The notes beneath the pieces were generated by a model. That model did not search any database, had not been told where the DNA came from, and was given only the letters and a program-made list of their open reading frames with translations. Position numbers and translations under genes: made by a program. From the IMG/VR virus record IMGVR_UViG_3300029288_000151, positions 10,666 to 74,665 of that record: a stretch of 64,000 bases of DNA. One strand, 5' to 3'. Of this stretch, positions 1-9,984 are shown piece after piece. The DNA is from a virus (Duplodnaviria > Caudoviricetes). Position 1 is the first letter of the stretch, and every line of letters starts with the position of its first letter.

Positions 1-2395
1 CACCTTCTGTCGTTGTCTGTGGAATATAATACATCCCAACTGGATACTGGTCAGCATCAACACCATTCATCCAGTCTTCACCAAGCTCATGCCAAGAAGT
101 AGCTTTCCCGTCTCCTTGCTGAGAGAAGAAGATTGCATTCGAATAAACGTTAAAGAAGTCAGCACCAGCGATAGCAGGACTAATGAAATACTGATCAAAT
201 TCTTGCGCGGGAACAGTACAAACAGCAGCAGATCCTGTTTCTGATACCATTGAAGGGTTAGTAATCGTTACTAGTATGTGTGTCGCATCAACCCATGCTG
301 GCTCTGCTGAGATTGCGAAAGTTCCATTATTAGCAGAATTAGTTGCGCCAGTTATAGTCACATTCCTGCCATTTTGGAAATAAGGACAATGTGTAGTTAT
401 AAGGATCTTCTGCGTTGCAGAATAAAATGTTGAGACTGCATAAGAAGGAGTTGTTGCTATTGTCCCTGTAATATCTGCCGATAAACTATCTGCTCCATTG
501 ATGGCCGAAGAATTCCTAGAAGCAGCGCGGAATCTAAACTCTCTAATCTGATCTGGACTTAATCTATAGTCAAGCTCAGGAGTAATAATCAATGGGACAT
601 AATAATAATTAGCGTCCTGCCCTACAAAGGCAGGCGAATTTGAATACTCATGATCTGTATCTCTTATTGCTTCACAAAGCTTTATACAGTTAGCTTCCGA
701 ATTCCTGCCAAAATCAAACCCTAATGTTGCTCCAGCATAATCAGAAGAACTGTCCGCACCCCTAAGATAAAAAGACGAGAACTCCCATGGTTCATGAACA
801 AGAGCCCCAAAAGCCAATACAGAGGGACCAGAAGTCGTAAAACAATTAAAAGGATTTACAATCCGATCGGCCGCGCTAGAAGTAGTCCAAGTATCAATCC
901 CATAACCGCCATCAAACCGTAGATTTGAGCCAGAAGTCCAGCCAAAACATAACCCATAAGTAGACGTATAATTTCCTGAAACAGAAGTATGTCCAGAAGC
1001 GAAGGCATAGTCGTCTTCTCTCGAAAACCCAATGTCTCCGCGCATTGCATTACCAGTATTACCTTCGAGGTCATCTCCTAAATATCCAGAACGATGGAGA
1101 TACTGCGGATGACAATTCGTACTATATAAGGATTCTCTAAAAGAGAACAACCCTGATGTATCTGTAGTATCTGTACTAACGAAACGGTCAACAAGCGCAG
1201 AATGCGAGAGCATCGGGGTATACATCAGATTTTTTCTGACAAAAGCGCCATCAGTCAGACCAACATGATGGTTATCTCTTACTACAGAGGAAAGGTAAGC
1301 AACCTGTTCGGCCAAACTAGACCCAGTAATTAGAAGACGATAACCAGAAGTATTCGTCTCATAAGGAACAACTATGTCTACTCCCGTCAATTGAGGGCAA
1401 ACAACGTTGAGAGTATGCTCGTCTACATATTCAAATTCAGTTAGTGCAACAATCGTCCCCGCAACATTGTTCCATAAATAACAGAATCCTTCAGGGATGA
1501 TCTCCCCTGCACTAACTCCAAGCGTACTAGTGATAGAGTATGGAAGATGGTAATAACTTCCTATCCCCGCAATACCAGGATGATAAACATAATAAGTTTC
1601 ATCTCCGCGAAGAACAGTCCCATAACTATCTTCTGCACTTGCATGACCAGGGGCAGAAGCAATTTGTGGCATATCAACACGATAGGTATAAGACCCACCA
1701 GAAGAAGAAACATAAGTTATACTAACCCCAGCCGTTGTCCCCTCTGACCACGAAGGGATAACATTCTGGTACGCCCACTGTGGCCCAGTGCCAAACATAG
1801 ACAAATCTTCAATCTTAATATACGCCGTTGAAGAGAGAACAGAATATAAATAAATTATCCCTCCGGCATAATCTATAGAATAATCTCCGTCCTCGTTCAT
1901 TTCAAAAGCATTTGTTTTGGAAGTACCGAAATCAGGATGGGGGGTATTCCCATCTTCTGCTGTAAAAAAAGTTACAGTACTAATAGAAAGGTTTTGAATA
2001 GCTGCGACTCCACTATCCGGAGCAACAACCGAGAGTCTCTTTATTAACGGAAAGCCAAGATTATAACAATTTCTTCCCGACGCAAGACGGATCCAGTAAG
2101 GATCATCCGTATCTTCGTTTAGTCCGCCGCCAATAGGAGAGACATAATCAGAGGGACCAATGATTCGAGCAAGACTTACTTGTGCTAATTTCTCTGGGCT
2201 AAGAGTGTAAGCCTCATCCTCTGTCGTGGTATGAACTTGATAATCCCAAGGATCTCCAATAGCAAGAGTCACTCGATTAAGAGCAGCATCCTCAAGGTTT
2301 ATCCATTTGGTAAGTTTTGTAGCGCTAGGCTGCTCGCCATTCTTAAAATCGAATACGATAGGGAAAACGTCTTGCATTCTATCTGAAGTGCTCAA
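1..2395 (-). CDS. Large virion structural protein (tail fibre/baseplate-associated), partial, runs off the left edge; missing from the ORF track
   Basis: TTG start 5 nt after GGAGG, directly after the stop of the 757-aa gene. The frame was open wherever I translated it, down to base 1. Contains an HPQYLHR motif and Thr/Ser-rich beta-type sequence. Confidence 0.75.
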   Translation of the reverse strand, partial: MSTSDRMQDVFPIVFDFKNGEQPSATKLTKWINLEDAALNRVTLAIGDPWDYQVHTTTEDEAYTLSPEKLAQVSLARIIGPSDYVSPIGGGLNEDTDDPYWIRLASGRNCYNLGFPLIKRLSVVAPDSGVAAIQNLSISTVTFFTAEDGNTPHPDFGTSKTNAFEMNEDGDYSIDYAGGIIYLYSVLSSTAYIKIEDLSMFGTGPQWAYQNVIPSWSEGTTAGVSITYVSSSGGSYTYRVDMPQIASAPGHASAEDSYGTVLRGDETYYVYHPGIAGIGSYYHLPYSITSTLGVSAGEIIPEGFCYLWNNVAGTIVALTEFEYVDEHTLNVVCPQLTGVDIVVPYETNTSGYRLLITGSSLAEQVAYLSSVVRDNHHVGLTDGAFVRKNLMYTPMLSHSALVDRFVSTDTTDTSGLFSFRESLYSTNCHPQYLHRSGYLGDDLEGNTGNAMRGDIGFSREDDYAFASGHTSVSGNYTSTYGLCFGWTSGSNLRFDGGYGIDTWTTSSAADRIVNPFNCFTTSGPSVLAFGALVHEPWEFSSFYLRGADSSSDYAGATLGFDFGRNSEANCIKLCEAIRDTDHEYSNSPAFVGQDANYYYVPLIITPELDYRLSPDQIREFRFRAASRNSSAINGADSLSADITGTIATTPSYAVSTFYSATQKILITTHCPYFQNGRNVTITGATNSANNGTFAISAEPAWVDATHILVTITNPSMVSETGSAAVCTVPAQEFDQYFISPAIAGADFFNVYSNAIFFSQQGDGKATSWHELGEDWMNGVDADQYPVGMYYIPQTTTEG

Positions 2396-2404
2396 AGCAA
2401 CCTC

Positions 2405-4678
2405 CTAAGAACCAACAGAGAATTTAAAAGAAATACTGGATTCCATTATGCTAGCCCAATATCCAGTCTTCTGATAATCTTCAAAGAAATCGGCAACTCC
2501 ATTATCGTTGGAATCTGTTATAAAGTCTATTATATTATAAGGACCGCTTGTTGGGTTAATGCAAAGGAACGTTGCTCCATTCAATCCAGCAGCATAATTA
2601 TTGTCGTCGCCCTGTGTTAACTTCCAGCCAAAGGGAATCTTGTATAACTGTTCTGTAACATATTCCCCAAGGAGATAACGAGGAAGCATAATCTTTGCTT
2701 TTATAGTATTACTATAAATTATTCTATTATAGTATTCGCTCCAACAAGAAGCCTGGAACTCTATATACTTAGAAGAGACGACCCAATAAGCTCCAATGTC
2801 GTCAAAATACGGAGGATAAGCTGCTGGATAATATGGATTTGATGGCAGTAAAGCACCAGAGGGATACGTCAATTGACCGCCATTAGTATCGATAGATACT
2901 GGCCTAGTAGGGACATAAGCGCCTGAAGTCCCCAATACTGGGTTGATTGCGTCGCTATCCCATTGATATATAACTACTTTTCTCCCATTGGGATGCGGGC
3001 TAATGGCCCATGATTCTAAATCATAAGTTTGAATCATCTCTTCTTTCCAGCGTTCATAGTCTGCATCTGTCCCATAGGTCACCCAAGAAGGAGGCTCTGG
3101 TAAAAAGTCATCAAGATTAGTGGCTCCCAATAAAGGATCGTCTTTCAAAATTTTATATAAGTAAATATCATCGGCGACAGTAAGTCCTGCAGTGGTATTG
3201 TCTAGATATAGGGTGTCTCCATGAACACAAGATGCCGCAGTCGCATAATAACCCATTGAGTCTGCATCAACAGGAGGCTGGTAATAAGTATACGCTATCC
3301 CCTCTCCATTCGTAACAGAGTATGCTATGCCAATAGAGGATCCCCCTAAGAACCCAAGCGTTGATGGCTGGGAAGAGAAGGTTATCTCTACGTTTGGGAC
3401 AACTGTGCCCGTCGCAGAAGTCACTGTAGCTTGTAATGTTGCCCAATCAGCTCCAACATATATTGGCCCATAGACAAGAGGATTAATAAAAGGAATCGCT
3501 TCTTTTGCGATAGAAAGTTCTATCTTCGCAACCTCAATCTCTTCATGAGTTATACAAACAAACCCCTCATTAAGGGACTGGACAGTAGGACTTACATTAG
3601 CGTCCAGGGCATGGATCTGAGTAGACAGAGCTTCCTCTTCATATTCTACTCTTAATGTAACGTCGTAAGTAGCAACGATATAGTATCCATCCGTAGGGAT
3701 CCCCGTTATAAGGCCGCCAAAGATAATTCGCCCAAGATCCTTATCCAGGAAATAATTAAAGGTTCCGCTTGGATCAGAGGTATAAGAGAAAAGCTCCCAG
3801 AATGTTTCTGTGCGAGTACACTCTGTCCATGTTTGGGTGCTCGTATCTACGGCATAAACCTTTATAGAACTTGTGACGACAGGGAATCTCTTTAAGAAGA
3901 ATACTTGCCATTCAGTATAATCAGACACACCAAGAATATCACCAGAACCCAAGTCTCCATAATAGGTTGGCTCAACTCCTATAGTATATGTGTAATCTGC
4001 ATTCGCTCTTAAGGCGATCGTTCCGAAAGTACTAGTATCGACGACAAACTCTTTCTTCGTCGTATCGATATTGTCCCAAAGAATCTGTTTTCCTGCAGAT
4101 GTTGTTGTATTAAGTTGTTCCCCGTCTTCCCATCTTCCCGTAAAGGAACCTACCTGGCTTAGCCTTACGTCATAACTGATAGCCTTGGTCTCAGGATCTC
4201 TTTTATAAGAAGCGGCTGTAATTGGCTTTCCTGGCTCTATGGAAGAATCCAATACCATATAATTGCGCCCATCGACATTAAGAGAAGGGTCTATGGTCTG
4301 AATCCTGCTATTGTCTCCATAATAAAAGTAATCGGTGCCATGTCTAAAATACCAACCATCATTGATTTCAGGGATCCAATGTCTTTCGTGATTAACAAAA
4401 AACTCATCAATATCAACGACTTCTAAGTCTACCTTAGTATCTCCAACTCCACTATCAAAGTATTCGGCCTCTTGTAGCTTCTGCCTAGAAGCATTTGCAA
4501 GCCTAGGCAAAGAAGGAAGAAGAAGATCGAACGGACTAGCCCATCTCTTGATATCGTATTCCCAACCAGAGGGGATGTCTGTTAGGTGCTCAAACCCCAC
4601 ATAAGGGTCCGCTGTGGCGATTACATAAACCGTCTGAGAGGTAGAGAATCGAATGCTTTGTCTGGTTAGATTGCCCAC
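2405..4678 (-). CDS. Baseplate/tail-associated structural protein with an Ig-like (Big_1-type) segment
   Basis: 757 aa in the baseplate cluster; ATLQATVTSATGTVVPNVEITFS resembles Big_1/invasin Ig strands. Confidence 0.6.
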   Translation of the reverse strand: MGNLTRQSIRFSTSQTVYVIATADPYVGFEHLTDIPSGWEYDIKRWASPFDLLLPSLPRLANASRQKLQEAEYFDSGVGDTKVDLEVVDIDEFFVNHERHWIPEINDGWYFRHGTDYFYYGDNSRIQTIDPSLNVDGRNYMVLDSSIEPGKPITAASYKRDPETKAISYDVRLSQVGSFTGRWEDGEQLNTTTSAGKQILWDNIDTTKKEFVVDTSTFGTIALRANADYTYTIGVEPTYYGDLGSGDILGVSDYTEWQVFFLKRFPVVTSSIKVYAVDTSTQTWTECTRTETFWELFSYTSDPSGTFNYFLDKDLGRIIFGGLITGIPTDGYYIVATYDVTLRVEYEEEALSTQIHALDANVSPTVQSLNEGFVCITHEEIEVAKIELSIAKEAIPFINPLVYGPIYVGADWATLQATVTSATGTVVPNVEITFSSQPSTLGFLGGSSIGIAYSVTNGEGIAYTYYQPPVDADSMGYYATAASCVHGDTLYLDNTTAGLTVADDIYLYKILKDDPLLGATNLDDFLPEPPSWVTYGTDADYERWKEEMIQTYDLESWAISPHPNGRKVVIYQWDSDAINPVLGTSGAYVPTRPVSIDTNGGQLTYPSGALLPSNPYYPAAYPPYFDDIGAYWVVSSKYIEFQASCWSEYYNRIIYSNTIKAKIMLPRYLLGEYVTEQLYKIPFGWKLTQGDDNNYAAGLNGATFLCINPTSGPYNIIDFITDSNDNGVADFFEDYQKTGYWASIMESSISFKFSVGS

Positions 4679-5650
4679 TTAAGCCCCCCAGAATACCTTT
4701 GTGTCTTTATAAAGCTGGTGGATAATCTCAGAACCTTCAGCATTAGGAAGAGCATTAACTTCTTCTCCAGACTCAAGAACTTCTTGCGCGAAAAGCTTTT
4801 TGGTAAAGTTTTCGTCTTGAAGACTATAAAGCTGAACAAGAGAAGCATAAACCGTATAAGGAAACTCTCCATAGGTGTACCCAAAACGACCTGTGCCACT
4901 TGGAATATCATAAGAGACTAGATAACCATTATAGTAGTCAATTGAATATTCTCCCGGATTCTCTGGCTCTCCCGCGACCTCTGTTACAAAAACGTTCTTC
5001 TCAGAGAACCAAAAACTTCCTTCATGAGTTCTTGGCCGAGTGCCCCATTCTGTATCCTTAAGCCTTGTTTGCTGATCCGCCCATGCGACTTCTTGATCTT
5101 CTCTTCTGTGTGTATTCCCGCGAACGAGACAAGTGCTTAATAGGTTTGGTCGAACACCAGAAACAAGCGAAGCAGTAAAGTATTCAGAAGTATTGATTTC
5201 GTTAATCAAATCGCTAAGATAGTAACAATCAGTTCCTAAGTCATAGATGTTTATCGTCTTATCAATCTCATAGTCTTCAGACGAATTCCATTCTTTATAA
5301 AGAATGACCTCGCTTGCTAGAATATCAACTCTAGGATTAGTAGCTAGTGGCTCTCCGTCACTACCTAAAACAAGATCAATTGTTATCGCTTTGAACTTGG
5401 AAAGGCCGAGTTCTCTAGCAAGATTATTAATAAATCCTTCGTAAGTAGGAGACCCTCTATTGACAGTAACATCTAGCATGCGCTGACGGAAAGAAGCATT
5501 TCCCTCTTCCGGTAATCGATCTAAAGTGAGAAGATCTCCATGCTCATCAAATCGATTAACAATGTTCTGTCGCTCAGGAACAAGCTCAACTTTGCCTACA
5601 CTAGTTACAGTAAAAGCAAAACTTATTCCTGCAATAGAATATTCACTCAT
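4679..5650 (-). CDS. Putative baseplate wedge protein
   Basis: 323 aa. The N-terminus (NRFDEHGDLLTLDRLPEEGNASFRQRM) resembles wedge/tail-I-like proteins. Position downstream of the baseplate J-like gene. Confidence 0.5.
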   Translation of the reverse strand: MSEYSIAGISFAFTVTSVGKVELVPERQNIVNRFDEHGDLLTLDRLPEEGNASFRQRMLDVTVNRGSPTYEGFINNLARELGLSKFKAITIDLVLGSDGEPLATNPRVDILASEVILYKEWNSSEDYEIDKTINIYDLGTDCYYLSDLINEINTSEYFTASLVSGVRPNLLSTCLVRGNTHRREDQEVAWADQQTRLKDTEWGTRPRTHEGSFWFSEKNVFVTEVAGEPENPGEYSIDYYNGYLVSYDIPSGTGRFGYTYGEFPYTVYASLVQLYSLQDENFTKKLFAQEVLESGEEVNALPNAEGSEIIHQLYKDTKVFWGA

Positions 5651-7281
5651 GGCTCAACCGTTATCCGGGGGTATTCTTCCCTGGTCCAAATTACTTTTTT
5701 GGCATAATCTGCAATAAAATAATCATGATACAAGATAGCCTTCATCACCGAAGTCCCATTATAAAACCAAAGGTCTCCATCAGAATCTATTTTAATATCT
5801 CTACAGCCCTTTAGTTCGTCAGGTAGAACAAACTGTACTTCTGGCAAAACAGAGGGAACAAACAAAATAAGCTTTGCCTTGCGAGTAATATATGTATCGT
5901 CAAGTTCTTTATACTTTGTTTCAATTTCTAACGTATAGGCTCCAAGTTCACTCATCGATATCTCTATACGTTGTTCGTCCCATGAAGTTTCTGGGCTCGT
6001 TATCCAGCCATCAGCCTCTGTTATCGGCCAAAGAGAACCGTCAAGACCAATATAATATTTTGATCCAGAGGGAGTATATAGGAGAAAACGGTAGCAAATC
6101 GGGATATTGCCAACGTCTAAAATTCTGGTCGTAACCGTCGCTGTCTCCCCTCGGGAATAAATCCATTGAGAATCATCTGTCGTCAAGGCCATGCGGACAT
6201 CAGCACTTTGATCTGCCGTATTCTCAAGCTCTGGATAAGGAACATTCCTATCATAAACATATAAGCTATTGGCATCAATAAGATAAATTAGATCCGAATA
6301 TGGCTTACACAGAAACGCCTCGGCTGTAATGTTCAGGCTGTCCTGGTCAAGAAGCTCAATAGCATAGTCTCTTCGGGTGTCGTCTAATCCCATGCGAATT
6401 AGTTCCATGTCCGCGTTAAGGAAGGAGCGGCCGACTAATATGCTCCCGTAATCATTCTCCTCTAGTCCAAGGAACTGAATTCTATCTCCGCCATCTATTG
6501 GCACGGCAGTATTCCATTGGTCCACAATCGGATCTTCTGAAAACGGCAAACAAGAAATAACTACTTTTGCATTCCCGTCCACATGGCTAACGAAGACTTC
6601 CTCTACACTACTCCATTGATTTATAGTCTTGAACGTCCCATTGTAACGCAATGGTAAAGTCTCTGTTATGTACGTTCCCTTCCGCGAATAACCAATGATT
6701 GTGATTTTGGTAAAGTAATAGGTATCCTTAAACCTAGTTTTCCATATCGTATTACTCATCAAAGTCACATAGAGATGACCTTCTAAAACAAGCTCTTCTG
6801 GTTCTACCGAAGAGATCTCTGAAACAGTTGTTTCACTTATGACATCGTCCCATATCTTTTGGACATCGCCATAGACAATTCTCGTTGGCAAACAATCGTA
6901 ATAAAAAGTCTCAATATTATTGTCTTCGGCGATTGCTATCTCTGTAAGGACATCATTGATTTCTACACACACTGTTGGCGGAGCATAAACAATCGCTCCA
7001 TCTACTGTTTCCGTCTCCCCAAACGAGAATCCGGCTGGAAGTTCTGAAGAATAAGCATGATCCATTAATAATGGATTGCAGTCTGACAAGTGCATATTCC
7101 GAGCTTCTTCGGCCAATTGCTGCTCTGTCTTCTGAATCTCTAGCGCCCCTACGTTTATTATCTGTTGGGCGACAGAAACAGGGCAAGATCTCGCATGAGT
7201 CCATGGCGCAAATTGGTTCGCTATTCTTTGCGTAATCCAACTGCGACGGTAACGACGAGATGGCCGATCTTCTAGTGTCAT
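5647..7281 (-). CDS. Putative baseplate structural protein
   Basis: 544 aa, overlaps both neighbours by 4 nt (translational coupling) within the baseplate cluster. Confidence 0.5.
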   Translation of the reverse strand: MTLEDRPSRRYRRSWITQRIANQFAPWTHARSCPVSVAQQIINVGALEIQKTEQQLAEEARNMHLSDCNPLLMDHAYSSELPAGFSFGETETVDGAIVYAPPTVCVEINDVLTEIAIAEDNNIETFYYDCLPTRIVYGDVQKIWDDVISETTVSEISSVEPEELVLEGHLYVTLMSNTIWKTRFKDTYYFTKITIIGYSRKGTYITETLPLRYNGTFKTINQWSSVEEVFVSHVDGNAKVVISCLPFSEDPIVDQWNTAVPIDGGDRIQFLGLEENDYGSILVGRSFLNADMELIRMGLDDTRRDYAIELLDQDSLNITAEAFLCKPYSDLIYLIDANSLYVYDRNVPYPELENTADQSADVRMALTTDDSQWIYSRGETATVTTRILDVGNIPICYRFLLYTPSGSKYYIGLDGSLWPITEADGWITSPETSWDEQRIEISMSELGAYTLEIETKYKELDDTYITRKAKLILFVPSVLPEVQFVLPDELKGCRDIKIDSDGDLWFYNGTSVMKAILYHDYFIADYAKKVIWTREEYPRITVEP

Positions 7282-7502
7282 TCTTTCTCTTTGGGATAAA
7301 CTATTGTTCCATCAGTATCGATATTAACATCTCCATATTTAGTCATTAAACGGCCGAGGAGATCTTTCATATCGCTATCTAAGTTCTTGAACTTAGTCTC
7401 ATTAATCTGGATTTCAAGTTTGGTTGCCTTAAGCCCCCACTGCAAAGCTCGAAGTTCCCACAACTCTGCTTCTGTAACCTTAACCGCTCTAGTTTCTTCC
7501 AT
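7278..7502 (-). CDS. Small hypothetical protein, coiled-coil-like
   Basis: 74 aa; fills the gap between baseplate genes, with GGAG upstream. Confidence 0.6.
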   Translation of the reverse strand: MEETRAVKVTEAELWELRALQWGLKATKLEIQINETKFKNLDSDMKDLLGRLMTKYGDVNIDTDGTIVYPKEKE

Positions 7503-7514
7503 GAGAAATCTCCA

Positions 7515-8777
7515 TTATAGGAATTTAATACCCCTATATCTAGTACTGGTTTCCAGCATAATTCTTTCATTGTATAAAGGTTCTACTACATCTCCAACGA
7601 CAAGCGAGCGTCTAACACCAAAATCATTTGCTGCTGAACGATAAGCGTATACTTCTTCAAAGTATCCGGAGCGAGCGACGCCGATGGTTAGGATCTTTGA
7701 ACTACAACGAGCAACCAATGAGGCTAGATCAGTAAGAGACAATGAAGCTCCAATCTCCATGGCGTTAAGACTGTTCTCGATCACTTGTCTAATAAGAGCA
7801 TACCCTGCTGACTGTTGTGTCGAAGTAGTATCTGACTTCCAATTAACAGCGATCTCAAACTCAAGACCTAATGGCTGAGGCGCAAGGACAAATGGTTTTG
7901 TGCCGAAAGCATTTACCTGCTCTACTACTGCCTGAACTTGAGCGAGCATCCCTGGGCTGGTTGTCGAAGTAAGAGAACGGACGTAGAGCGAAAACGTTCC
8001 TGGTCCCTGCTCATAATTTACTTCTTTGATATTGGCCACGCCTGGTACACTGAGAGCAGCCAACCTAACCGCTAGCTTGTTCCCTCTTTCCCGCGCCTTA
8101 AAAGCATTCATAAGCCTGTAGCGGTAGGCTTCATCTGACTCTCTCTCTCGGCCATTGGAAATAGCATATCGGTTAGTGCACTTAAGAAGACTCTGGCTGG
8201 ACAAGGCATAATTTGAGAAGTTGTGGACGGTAAGAACACTACGAGGAACGTCTGAGACAGATCCTTCTACCCGAGCACGAATATTTCCATAAGCTAGAGA
8301 CTGGTCTGCAGAACAGATAATATCTGTTAACAAATCAAACTCTATCTTTGTTTGCTGATCTTCTGAATATACATAACCATAAGTTGGAGTCTCAAGCTCT
8401 ATATCGGCCGTACTAATCACACTACCAGAAGAGACAATAAAATCAAGACCACTATTGATATCTCCAAACGTTCCGCTGTCGACGTAAAAACAGAAATTAT
8501 TACCATCAGTATCGGCAGTAGCATTGGTGGCATTGTATCGGGGAATATTGAGCATATCCCCAAAGAAATCCAGGAATCTTCCTTCGGCCCAACGGATGTA
8601 TGCGTTTGCTAGATTCTCGTCAAACAAAGAATACTGGTTTGCCTGCTCTTTATAAACCGCATCAAGCAATAGCCGGGCCTTGGCTCCTGGAACCAACTGA
8701 GTAATATTACTATATTGTTTCAGGTGCTGAAGCCCATCAGCCACCATATCGTCATAAGATCTTGAAAAGAATGGCAT
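7515..8777 (-). CDS. Baseplate J-like wedge protein
   Basis: FLDFFGDMLNIPR near the N-terminus, GRERESDEAYRYRL, and ALSVPGVANI are typical baseplate J/gp47 motifs. Confidence 0.85.
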   Translation of the reverse strand: MPFFSRSYDDMVADGLQHLKQYSNITQLVPGAKARLLLDAVYKEQANQYSLFDENLANAYIRWAEGRFLDFFGDMLNIPRYNATNATADTDGNNFCFYVDSGTFGDINSGLDFIVSSGSVISTADIELETPTYGYVYSEDQQTKIEFDLLTDIICSADQSLAYGNIRARVEGSVSDVPRSVLTVHNFSNYALSSQSLLKCTNRYAISNGRERESDEAYRYRLMNAFKARERGNKLAVRLAALSVPGVANIKEVNYEQGPGTFSLYVRSLTSTTSPGMLAQVQAVVEQVNAFGTKPFVLAPQPLGLEFEIAVNWKSDTTSTQQSAGYALIRQVIENSLNAMEIGASLSLTDLASLVARCSSKILTIGVARSGYFEEVYAYRSAANDFGVRRSLVVGDVVEPLYNERIMLETSTRYRGIKFL

Positions 8778-8785
8778 TTGTTTCC

Positions 8786-9241
8786 TTACAGGATATGAAG
8801 ATTGTCGTCTTGATAATTATAAACTATATCAATCTTCAATGAATTGCAGGTTCTATTCTCCGCCGTCGCCATCGTCTTTATCTTTAATCTATATAATATC
8901 GTCTTTTCGTCTAATGGCATATAAGAGATATCAATATCATTCGAAGCAAGAAGTCCATATTGAGCGAGAGCAGCAGTGATCTTAGCCTTCCCAGATTCAG
9001 CAGTAATCTTGTTATTTGGCTCGCCAACCAAGTCTGGTAAGTTTGCTCCAATATCAGGATAAACCTTCCAGTCCCCTTGAGAGCTTTGTATTCTTGTTCG
9101 GACTTCCTGGACTAAAGACCTTAAGGCGTCTGTCGACGTATCAAGGAGATCGCCCTCGTTACCAAGAACAAAGTCTCCGTGGCGACCCCAATACAGATCT
9201 ATCTTGTCGTAGTTTCTAGCCAATTGCCACCAACATCCCAT
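8786..9241 (-). CDS. Baseplate wedge/sheath-initiator protein (gp25/W-like)
   Basis: LVQEVRTRIQSSQGDWKVYPDIGANL matches the gp25-like pattern and the gene lies just upstream of baseplate J. The true start is probably a few codons downstream (TTG, LARNYD). Confidence 0.75.
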   Translation of the reverse strand: MGCWWQLARNYDKIDLYWGRHGDFVLGNEGDLLDTSTDALRSLVQEVRTRIQSSQGDWKVYPDIGANLPDLVGEPNNKITAESGKAKITAALAQYGLLASNDIDISYMPLDEKTILYRLKIKTMATAENRTCNSLKIDIVYNYQDDNLHIL

Positions 9242-9554
9242 ATAGAGCGGCCATTTGAGCTGCTCCCTTCATAATGTTTTCGAGCGTTTTAATTGGTGGG
9301 TCTACGTTTAAAACAGCCTGAGGAGTACCCAAAGTAGACGGAATCATTAGGTTATAAGCATTATTCATCGTCCATAGCCCGGCCATCCTAATGTTCTGAG
9401 TCTGGCTCAAAAAGCTCATTGGCCCACTAAGGTAAGTACCAAGAGCATCACACATCAGATAGTTCTGCTTTGACCCATGGATACGAGCAACCTCATCTCC
9501 TACGACAATCCCAGCAGGAGAATTGATATTCGCTTTAAATGTTTTAGTCGGCAT
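9216..9554 (-). CDS. Putative spike-associated baseplate protein
   Basis: 112 aa between the spike-like and gp25-like genes. Confidence 0.4.
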   Translation of the reverse strand: MPTKTFKANINSPAGIVVGDEVARIHGSKQNYLMCDALGTYLSGPMSFLSQTQNIRMAGLWTMNNAYNLMIPSTLGTPQAVLNVDPPIKTLENIMKGAAQMAALYGMLVAIG

Positions 9555-9570
9555 AAAATCCTCGTATTAA

Positions 9571-9984
9571 TTATACAATTCGGAGACCACTAATCTCTAC
9601 ATCTGGCTCATAATTTAAAGTATCTACCTGTCTATCTGCGACAATAACAGCTAACCCATTTCCAGTGACGCCCGTCTGAGTTTCTATCTTACAACGATAA
9701 TTCCCAATTAGATCATCTAGACTTGAACCATAACACATCGCGATCATCAACGGGTGATCCTGCAAAGGAATCCATTTTGATTCCTGACCAGTATCTTCAT
9801 ATCGAACTTTAACAAATGGCGTATTATCTGCTCCCCCACGCTTGCGAATTGCTGTAATTGTCCCATATCGGTAAGAGTGCTTTCTGTTTGATTGAGACGA
9901 AGCAGCCTGCTGCTCAGAACGTTTTCTGGAAACTCCACCTGGAGTCTGTGGCGAACCTGTTGCCGGAGCTGGATTATAACCCAT
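9571..9984 (-). CDS. Putative baseplate spike OB-fold protein (gpV-like)
   Basis: YGTITAIR...VKVRYEDTGQESKWIPL is the gpV/gp5 OB-fold pattern; follows the hub gene. Confidence 0.6.
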   Translation of the reverse strand: MGYNPAPATGSPQTPGGVSRKRSEQQAASSQSNRKHSYRYGTITAIRKRGGADNTPFVKVRYEDTGQESKWIPLQDHPLMIAMCYGSSLDDLIGNYRCKIETQTGVTGNGLAVIVADRQVDTLNYEPDVEISGLRIV